Below are positions 56,817 through 64,000 of a DNA stretch of 64,000 bases, piece by piece. The notes below the pieces were generated by a model. The model saw only the letters and a program-made list of their open reading frames with translations. It had not been told where the DNA came from and did not search any database. Numbering within the stretch: position 1 is the stretch's first letter; each line of letters begins with the position of its first letter. The position numbers and the translations under genes are program-made. The stretch comes from an uncultured delta proteobacterium (GTDB lineage: Bacteria; Desulfobacterota; Desulfobacteria; Desulfobacterales; B30-G6): assembly GCA_963823335.1 (NCBI GenBank), contig CAWGLD010000005.1:352001-416000 (forward strand), written 5' to 3'.

Positions 56817-58394
56817 GTGAACTCACAGGTTACAAAAGCGGCCGGGGTGGTGGGTGGCGCGACCCTGTTAAGCCGTATTTTCGGGTTGTTAAGGGATATT
56901 GTCATCGCGGGATATTTCGGGGCCGGTATGGCATCGGATGCCTTTTTTGTTGCTTTCAGGATTCCCAACCTGCTGCGAAGGCTTCTTGCGGAAGGGTCCT
57001 TGACCATTGCCTTTGTTCCGATTTTTTCGGAATATCTGGCAAAGGAAGGAGAATCGGCTGCGTTTGTATTTGCCAGATCCGCCGCACGCATCATTTCAAT
57101 CCTTCTGGCCGCCGCCGCAGTCATCGGTATTCTCCTGACACCCGTGATCGTACGTATCATAGCCCCTGGTTTTATGGCATCGCCCGAAAAACTGGCCTTG
57201 ACCATTACCTTAACCCGGTTCATGTTTCCCTATATATTTTTTATTGGTCTGGTTGCACTCTGCATGGGCATTCTAAATGTCCTGGGGCATTTCGCCGTAC
57301 CTGCCCTGGCACCTGTTGTGCTGAACTTCGCCATGATTGCAACGGTTCTATTTCTTTCACCTCATCTCCAATACCCGGTCTACGGTTTGGCTGTTGGCGT
57401 GTTGATCGGTGGATTGTTGCAGTTGCTGCTTCAGATACCCATTCTCTTGCGCAAAGGCGTGGTATTGTGGGGGGCGGCTGGGTTGTTTCATCCCGGGCTG
57501 AGGCGACTCGGTAAGTTGATGCTGCCGGCTGTATTTGGAGCAGCTGTTTATCAGATCAATATATTGGTCGGCACACTGCTGGCATCCCTGTTGCCCGATG
57601 GAAGTGTTTCCTATCTTTATTATGCCGATCGCCTGGTTCAGTTCCCACTGGGAATTTTCGCCATCGCTATTGCCACAGCCGTACTTCCCAGCTTTTCAAC
57701 CTATGCGGCTGTCCAGGACAACAAGGCTTTGGGTGAAACATTTGGATATGCCATGCGGCTGGTATTTTTTATAACCATTCCTTCCATGGTAGGGCTGATA
57801 CTGCTGAGAGAGCCGATTATCGGGCTGCTGTTCAAACGTGGTGCTTTTGACAGTCAGACCACAGCACTTACAGCATCGGCACTTCTCTACTACGGCCTCG
57901 GACTTTGGGCTTTTTCGGCTGTCCGGATCGTTGTAACGCTTTTTTACGCATTGCAGGATACCCGGACACCCGTAAAAATGGCTGTCATATCCATTTTCGT
58001 CAACATGATCCTGGGTGTTGCACTCATGTGGCCACTCCAGCATGGCGGTCTGGCACTGGCAACGTCTCTGGCTTCAATGGTCAATCTATATCTGCTCGTA
58101 AAGGCACTAAGAAAAAGGGTCGGTTTGATCGACTGGCATGAGATCCTGCTATCTGTATGGAAAACGCTTTTATGCTCCGCTGTTATGGGACTGGCTGTTT
58201 TTGCAGCAGCAGGCATACTGATTCCACAGGGCCAGGCAAGTTTCCTAAAACTCCTGTGCAGTGTCTCCGGAACGATTCTGGTCGGAATCGGTTTCTATGC
58301 GGGATGTGCTATCCTGGTTAAATGCAGCGAGGTTTCTGATCTGGTAAAAATGATTGACCGGCGCACCACCTCCCAGGAACAAGGATCGAAATGA
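56817..58394 (+). CDS. murJ: Lipid II flippase MurJ (MviN)
   Basis: SRIFGLLRD, DAFFVAFRIPNLLRRLLAEG and YADRLVQFPLG. Confidence 0.96.
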   Translation: MNSQVTKAAGVVGGATLLSRIFGLLRDIVIAGYFGAGMASDAFFVAFRIPNLLRRLLAEGSLTIAFVPIFSEYLAKEGESAAFVFARSAARIISILLAAAAVIGILLTPVIVRIIAPGFMASPEKLALTITLTRFMFPYIFFIGLVALCMGILNVLGHFAVPALAPVVLNFAMIATVLFLSPHLQYPVYGLAVGVLIGGLLQLLLQIPILLRKGVVLWGAAGLFHPGLRRLGKLMLPAVFGAAVYQINILVGTLLASLLPDGSVSYLYYADRLVQFPLGIFAIAIATAVLPSFSTYAAVQDNKALGETFGYAMRLVFFITIPSMVGLILLREPIIGLLFKRGAFDSQTTALTASALLYYGLGLWAFSAVRIVVTLFYALQDTRTPVKMAVISIFVNMILGVALMWPLQHGGLALATSLASMVNLYLLVKALRKRVGLIDWHEILLSVWKTLLCSAVMGLAVFAAAGILIPQGQASFLKLLCSVSGTILVGIGFYAGCAILVKCSEVSDLVKMIDRRTTSQEQGSK

Positions 58395-58693
58395 GTGACA
58401 AACAGAAAATATTTCTCTCCGTTGTGATCCTGATTCTGTTCTCTCTTTTGTTGTTTATCATGTTCAGTGATAGCGGGCTTGCCGATCTTTTTAAACTTAG
58501 AAGTGAAAAGGATCGTCTGCTTCAGGAAAACGCCAGGTTGAAGCGTGAGAATCTGACAATGTATCGCACCATCGAAAGACTCAAGAACGACCCTGACTAT
58601 ATCGAAAGTATCGCCAGGAAAGAGCTGGGAATGATCAAGAAAGGTGAAGTAATATTGAAACCAAAGCCGTCAGGAGATGAAAACAAACCCTGA
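58391..58693 (+). CDS. Septum formation initiator (FtsB/DivIC family)
   Basis: One TM helix, a coiled coil and YIESIARKELGMIKKGE. Confidence 0.9.
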   Translation: MSDKQKIFLSVVILILFSLLLFIMFSDSGLADLFKLRSEKDRLLQENARLKRENLTMYRTIERLKNDPDYIESIARKELGMIKKGEVILKPKPSGDENKP

Positions 58694-58795
58694 CAGGTTT
58701 TGAAAGGAAGAACAGCAAGACCTCTTAAACAGAGGCAATCTATATGAAGAAGCGCTGGATGGGCTCAGGCAAACAAAACAAAGAGGAGAGGATGC

Positions 58796-60478
58796 ATGAA
58801 GAGAAAGAATGTAGTGCGGCACCAAGGCCTAACAGACAGGGATGTTTCGGTTTGCCCGAACGGGGAGGTTTTTCAACTTCCGCAGGAGGATGAATACCCG
58901 GCGGAGTTCGAGCGCCTGAAGCTACTGGTGGAAGAGCATCGGAAAATACAGCGCGAGATTGTTGTGGTCATGGGTGTCGGGTTTGTCGGTGCTGTCATGG
59001 CGGGTGTGGTTGCGGATTCCGTCAATCAGGACACAGGGGAGCCCTATTATTTCGTTATCGGTATGCAGCGTCCTTCGGTTCGATCGTTCTGGAAAATTTC
59101 CTATCTTAACCGTGGTATTGCGCCAGTGGAAGCCGAGGACCCGGAGGTGGCCCTCATGATCGAACGCTGTGTCAAAGAGCGAAAAAATCTGGTGGCATCC
59201 TTTTCATATGACGTACTGAGCCTTGCGGATATCGTTGTTGTGGATGTCCAATGTGATTATCACAAGGAAACCCTCGGAGATGTCAAGAAGGGCTACGCTG
59301 ACATACAGGCCCTGGAAGAGAGTCTTGAGACTATTGGCCAACGCGTTGATCCCGAGTGTCTGGTCCTGATAGAGACCACGGTACCGCCTGGGACCACCGA
59401 ATATGTTGCTTACCCCATCATTAAAAAGGCTTTTTCCGGTCGCGGATTAAAAGATAGGGAACCCCTCCTGGCCCATTCTTTCGAACGGGTCATGCCGGGA
59501 CGCAACTACGTGGCATCCATCCGTGATTTCTGGCGTGTCTGCAGTGGCATCAATGATCGGGCCCGTGAACGTGTAACAACGTTTTTATCGCGCGTGATCA
59601 ACGTGGAACAGTACCCCTTGACGGTCCTGGACAGCCCCATCGAAAGCGAAACCTGTAAGATTGTTGAAAATTCATATCGTGCCACTATCCTTGCATTCCT
59701 GGATGAATGGAGTAGATTTGCCGAAAGGAATCATGTGGATCTCACAAAAGTCATTCAGGCCATCAAGGTGCGACCCACCCATTCAAATATCATATTTCCC
59801 GGGCCAGGCATTGGTGGCTACTGTCTGCCCAAGGACGGAGGATTGGGGGTGTGGGCGTACAATCGTCTCATGGGTTTTGATGATGACATTTTCAAAATTA
59901 CGCCCATGGCCATAGACATCAACGATACCCGAGCGCTGCATGTTGCGGAACTGGTGCGCGATGCCCTTCGCAATATGGGAAAGATCGTGGCAGCTTCAAA
60001 GATTGCGCTCCTGGGAGCCTCCTACAGAGAAGATGTCGGTGACACGCGCTACAGCGGCTCGGAACTGGTCGCTCGTAAGTTGACTGAAATGGGAGGAGAA
60101 ATGATCGTTCACGATCCCTATGTGAAACACTGGTGGGAACTCGAGAAGCAGGACACCTACCCGGCACCCGGTCATTCCTGGGCACGATTCTTCCGGAACC
60201 AGGAGGGTTTGACAGGGCTTACCATGCAAAGTGAACTCCCGCACGCTTTAAAGGATGTTGATGCCGTTATTCTGGCGGTGAGACACCGGCAGTACTGCGA
60301 ACTTTCGCCCAGGCATATTCTGGAAATGACCGGCCGACCCGTGGCGATCATAGATTGTTTCGGCATATTTGATGACGACAAGATTCGCCAATTCTTTGAG
60401 CTTGGATGTGAAGTGAAAGGGTTGGGGCGCGGGCATATTCAACGGATCAAGGAAACTGTGAGGCGTGGAAAGAAATAA
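58796..60478 (+). CDS. Nucleotide-sugar dehydrogenase (UDP-glucose/GDP-mannose dehydrogenase family)
   Basis: GVGFVG, ETTVPPGTT, KIVENSYR and the catalytic GIGGYCLPKD. Confidence 0.92.
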   Translation: MKRKNVVRHQGLTDRDVSVCPNGEVFQLPQEDEYPAEFERLKLLVEEHRKIQREIVVVMGVGFVGAVMAGVVADSVNQDTGEPYYFVIGMQRPSVRSFWKISYLNRGIAPVEAEDPEVALMIERCVKERKNLVASFSYDVLSLADIVVVDVQCDYHKETLGDVKKGYADIQALEESLETIGQRVDPECLVLIETTVPPGTTEYVAYPIIKKAFSGRGLKDREPLLAHSFERVMPGRNYVASIRDFWRVCSGINDRARERVTTFLSRVINVEQYPLTVLDSPIESETCKIVENSYRATILAFLDEWSRFAERNHVDLTKVIQAIKVRPTHSNIIFPGPGIGGYCLPKDGGLGVWAYNRLMGFDDDIFKITPMAIDINDTRALHVAELVRDALRNMGKIVAASKIALLGASYREDVGDTRYSGSELVARKLTEMGGEMIVHDPYVKHWWELEKQDTYPAPGHSWARFFRNQEGLTGLTMQSELPHALKDVDAVILAVRHRQYCELSPRHILEMTGRPVAIIDCFGIFDDDKIRQFFELGCEVKGLGRGHIQRIKETVRRGKK

Positions 60479-60510
60479 GCAGACGGAGCAATAAAAAGGG
60501 GGACACAACG

Positions 60511-61491
60511 TTAGGTGTGTGCAATATCCGCTTCAAACTGCTGCAACAGAAACCGGTCATACCAGGCTGGTTGAAAAAGACCTTCGATAAAGCCATTGTG
60601 CCCTCCACGCTCGAGCATGATGACATCGGTGCCTGCGCTCGGCTTTAACCGCTGGAATTCCTGGATGGGAATAATGGGATCGTCTGCCGCTGTCAGGATA
60701 CTGAGCGGCAGGGTAATCTTTCGGGTGAGTTCAGGCTGAATGCTGTAAGCCTGGAAGTATTCATGAGTACTGGCGTAGTCTGTATGCTTTTCAAGGAGCC
60801 GGGCCGTCATTTCCCGCAGGGTTTTCAGCTTCAGTATATCGGAAAAATCATAGAGCTCCGGATAAAGGGTCTGCTTCAAGGTCAGCGATCTGCGCCATTT
60901 CTTTAAAAAATAGCTCAGTATCAAAGGATTGCTGTCGATCCTGTCGGTGGCCTTGTCCGGGTCCAGTACCGGGCTGATACTCACCACGCGGTTCAGCTTG
61001 CAGGTGTCGTGACCGGCGTATCGGGCAGCGATACGAATGGCAAAATTTCCCCCTAAAGAAAAACCCACCAGATACACAGGCCCTCCCCGGTTAAAATTGG
61101 ACGCCTGATGTACAGCATCCCAGACCTCGTCCAGCAGGGTTGCATAAAACAAGCCTTTGTTCAGCTGATGACTGTTGCCGTGATCTCTTAAATTGAGACG
61201 AAAGACAGAGAAGCCGTTTCTGTATAGGTAATCGCCACAGGTCACCATATAAGTTGAATGCGAACTTCCCTCCCATCCGTGAAGCAATATGACCAGACCC
61301 CGGTTTGTTTCTTTTGATCGGGGTGTATAGACACCTAACAGTTTGGTGTTCTTGCGAGTTTCCAGGACAACCGGTCTTTCCTGGCGCAGCAAAGCTTTTT
61401 TACCCCAGGTACGTATGTTCAGGCTGGCAAGCAATGTCTGAACGACAGCGGGTTTGAGGTAGAACGGTGGCTGGAACGGGGTGAGGTGCAT
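60511..61491 (-). CDS. Alpha/beta hydrolase (YheT-like)
   Basis: LHGWEGS, GFSLGG, DDPII and GGHNGF. Confidence 0.9.
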   Translation of the reverse strand: MHLTPFQPPFYLKPAVVQTLLASLNIRTWGKKALLRQERPVVLETRKNTKLLGVYTPRSKETNRGLVILLHGWEGSSHSTYMVTCGDYLYRNGFSVFRLNLRDHGNSHQLNKGLFYATLLDEVWDAVHQASNFNRGGPVYLVGFSLGGNFAIRIAARYAGHDTCKLNRVVSISPVLDPDKATDRIDSNPLILSYFLKKWRRSLTLKQTLYPELYDFSDILKLKTLREMTARLLEKHTDYASTHEYFQAYSIQPELTRKITLPLSILTAADDPIIPIQEFQRLKPSAGTDVIMLERGGHNGFIEGLFQPAWYDRFLLQQFEADIAHT

Positions 61492-61514
61492 AAGCGATTT
61501 GGCATCCTATCCTA

Positions 61515-63206
61515 TTATTTAAAGGGTTTCCCCAGGGCCTGGTAACACTTGCTGATGTAGGGACCTATATGCTCTTGATTCTTGAAGTCAAGAAAATAGG
61601 TAAGCGCTCTATCATACTCTTTACGATTCATATAATTGATACCCTGGCATACATTCAAATCCATGCTGCTTCTGTATTGGCTGAGCCCCTGATCCAGTAT
61701 CTGGATCGATTTTTCAAAGGAACCTTCCTGCTGATAGAGCAGGCCGAGACCCAGGTAGCTTCGGTGATTTGGATAGCAGGCAAGGGATTTATGAAAAAGT
61801 GTTTTGGAAATCGATGTCCTGTCGGGGATGGCATCTATTTTCGAATAATCCCCATGGCTGAAGGTCATTGCGAGCCTGGAATAAAAATCGGCATGCAGTC
61901 GGTTGAACGCCGGATCTTTGATGAGATCGATATCCTCGACAAAAGACGGCAGGTTTTGATAAAAGGCATGTCTGATGGCTTTTCCGTAGCTAAGGATATC
62001 TTTTGGTTCTATACGGGGGTCAATCTCAAAATAAAGCAGATCTTCTATGCGGTTCTGCCAGACTTCTTCCGTGATGCAGCCTTGGTCAAGGAGCTCCTGA
62101 TATAATTGCGTGCCTGGAAAAATATCGAGAATATAGGTGATAACGCTGAGAGGCTTTATGGTCCGAATCAAACTGATAGTGGCTTGAATACTCTCCTCTG
62201 ATTCACCCGGGGAACCATAAATGAAATAGGCACGCGGCATGATACCGTAGTGCTTGACGAGGTCGAATGCTTTTTTGATTTGAGAAATATTTAGGGGTTT
62301 GTTAAGTTTTTTACGGATCTTTTCAGAGCCGCTTTCGATACCGAAACTGATCTGGATGCAACCGGCTTTTCGCATCCATGCAAGTAGATCAGCATGGATG
62401 TGGTTGACGCGTGCAATGGCAACCCATGTAATATCGAGCCGTCTATGAATAATTTCCTGGCAGATGGCTTGAACCCACTCTTTTTTGTAGGTGAACGTAT
62501 CGTCTGAGAAGTAGAAAAAATGAATGCCTTTTTGGGTGAGCAATTCCAGTTGATCCACGAAATAACCGGGAGAGTGGGTACGAACCCGCGGGCCCCAGAA
62601 AAGAGGAGAACCGCAGAAAACACAGTTACCAGGACAGCCCCTGGTAAAGGCCACATGCTGGAATTGAAAATACCGGGCAGGGTTGGGGAATTGGTCCAGG
62701 TTTTCAACGGGTTCTGCCGGGTCTGTTTTTTGTGGCCGTCCATGATGGCGAAAGGCGATACCACGAATATGCGGGATTTTATCATGTGCGCCCGTATCCA
62801 GCGCGTTGACGAGCTGCAGAAAGGGAATTTCACCCTCTCCAAGGACGATATAATCGATGTCTTGGAAATGAGTCAGCAGGTGATCCCACAAAAAGGTGGC
62901 ACCGATACCACCGAAAACGATTTTGATGTCAGGGTTCAGGCTTTTGGCGATTTTGGCAATGTCGATGCCGCCCCATCGATTGGCGTGGAGGATGGAGAAG
63001 CCTATGATGTCCGGGCGTTCTTTGATGATAATCTCAGGAATACGATCGGGCGTATGATGTGCATCGTGCAGATTGTAGATCTGGACATCGTAATCATTTT
63101 CTTTCAGCAGCGCCCCCACATAGTAGATGCCGATGGGGGGTACACTGATATCGTATTCATGGATTCTCTTGTCGAGAAAATAGGGATAGATCAGTAATAT
63201 TTTCAT
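61515..63206 (-). CDS. Cobalamin-binding radical SAM protein with C-terminal TPR-like repeats
   Basis: N-terminal B12-binding domain (PPIGI..GGIGAT), RGCPGNCVFC (CxxxCxxC) and GIESGS. Confidence 0.9.
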   Translation of the reverse strand: MKILLIYPYFLDKRIHEYDISVPPIGIYYVGALLKENDYDVQIYNLHDAHHTPDRIPEIIIKERPDIIGFSILHANRWGGIDIAKIAKSLNPDIKIVFGGIGATFLWDHLLTHFQDIDYIVLGEGEIPFLQLVNALDTGAHDKIPHIRGIAFRHHGRPQKTDPAEPVENLDQFPNPARYFQFQHVAFTRGCPGNCVFCGSPLFWGPRVRTHSPGYFVDQLELLTQKGIHFFYFSDDTFTYKKEWVQAICQEIIHRRLDITWVAIARVNHIHADLLAWMRKAGCIQISFGIESGSEKIRKKLNKPLNISQIKKAFDLVKHYGIMPRAYFIYGSPGESEESIQATISLIRTIKPLSVITYILDIFPGTQLYQELLDQGCITEEVWQNRIEDLLYFEIDPRIEPKDILSYGKAIRHAFYQNLPSFVEDIDLIKDPAFNRLHADFYSRLAMTFSHGDYSKIDAIPDRTSISKTLFHKSLACYPNHRSYLGLGLLYQQEGSFEKSIQILDQGLSQYRSSMDLNVCQGINYMNRKEYDRALTYFLDFKNQEHIGPYISKCYQALGKPFK

Positions 63207-63231
63207 GCGATAAAATCGTTAAACGATTTTA

Positions 63232-64000
63232 TCATATAAAGCTCCATTTCTTTTTCACCATGAGATGAAGCACCCTGACAACGATGGGATAATTGGCGGT
63301 TTCTCCAGCGCTGTCCACGGGAACGCCGTCGACAGCTTCGACAATTGACAGGATATTGCCGAAAGGATAGCTGTACAAAAGCTCATTCTCCATTACCAGT
63401 ACGCTGAAATGATCCGCATTCACCTTGGCCAGTTGAGCATTTTTTATTTCGGCCGGGTCGTCATAGTTGATGCCGATCTCTTCACCTTCGTATTTCTTCA
63501 ACAGCGCTTCAAAGTTGGGTTTGGGCAACAGAGTTTTCAAAATGGTATCCGTCCTTTTTTGCTTGTCTTCTCTTTCTATTCTCAATGCCTCGGCTATTGC
63601 TTCTTCAATTTTCCTTTGTGCTTCCTGTTCTTCTATCCTTTTTGTTTCAGCCTCCTCGAGGGCCTCCTTTTGCTTTTTGAGGGATTCGGTCTCCAGCCTC
63701 AGGAAGTCTGTTTCCTGGTTCAAGCTTTCGATTTGTTTCTGGGTGGCCTCGTTTTTTTTAAGCGCCTCCTGTTCTGCCTTCTTCAATGTCTCCGTATCCA
63801 TTTTCAGTGATGCGGCATCCATTTTCAAAGAAGCGATTTCCTTCTCTAACAAATCGATGGTTTGTTTTTCTTTTTCAACAGCCGCGGCCTTTTGATTTTC
63901 CTCTTTCTCTTTTTCATCCTGTTGCTTCTTGAGAGCTTCAGCTTTTTGATTTTCTTCTTTCTCTTTCTCATCCTGTTGCTTCTTTAGCGCTTCAGCTTTT
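63232..64000 (-). CDS. Coiled-coil protein, C-terminal part (starts beyond the window)
   Basis: The frame stays open to the window edge. Lys/Glu-rich coiled coil followed by a ~90-aa globular C-terminal domain. Confidence 0.75.
   Translation of the reverse strand, partial: KAEALKKQQDEKEKEENQKAEALKKQQDEKEKEENQKAAAVEKEKQTIDLLEKEIASLKMDAASLKMDTETLKKAEQEALKKNEATQKQIESLNQETDFLRLETESLKKQKEALEEAETKRIEEQEAQRKIEEAIAEALRIEREDKQKRTDTILKTLLPKPNFEALLKKYEGEEIGINYDDPAEIKNAQLAKVNADHFSVLVMENELLYSYPFGNILSIVEAVDGVPVDSAGETANYPIVVRVLHLMVKKKWSFI
63892..63999 (-). repeat. 54-bp coding tandem repeat, at least 2 copies
   Basis: Encodes KAEALKKQQDEKEKEENQ twice. The copies differ only at synonymous positions. Confidence 0.9.

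Overview
A 64-kb stretch of mostly core chromosome. Gene content and intergenic style suggest a sulfate-reducing Desulfobacterales-like deltaproteobacterium (inference). Housekeeping content: cysQ (partial), hisB/hisA, dnaG-rpoD-tRNA-Ile2, nif3-zinc ribbon-rnpB, ispD, pyrD, ilvB-ilvN-ilvC-cimA-leuA, dprA-topA, rne/rng-purB-yajC-secD-secF, leuS-lptE, rpsT, murJ-ftsB and tRNA-Ala. I found no integrase, transposase, prophage or CRISPR array. The most notable observations are: (1) a complete Ile/Leu/Val leader-peptide attenuator upstream of ilvB, absent from the ORF track; (2) a dense set of intergenic elements, comprising several 7-9-nt periodic inverted-repeat families, a TTGAA...TTCAA hairpin element in 3 copies, a linked CCCTTG..GCCGGGCCC motif in 3 copies, and one site where elements are nested three deep; (3) a stand-alone AspBHI/MspJI-like 5mC-dependent restriction enzyme homolog whose catalytic Asp appears replaced by Ala; (4) a coupled WYL regulator-aminotransferase-amidase-SprT/DUF2786 operon; (5) orphan YcaO-TPR and B12-radical SAM-TPR enzymes; (6) a large HPr-fusion protein coupled to ispD and an HD-GYP regulator; (7) a sigma70 with a ~130-aa Lys-rich N-terminal tail. 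All family assignments come from motif recognition by eye; no searches were run.
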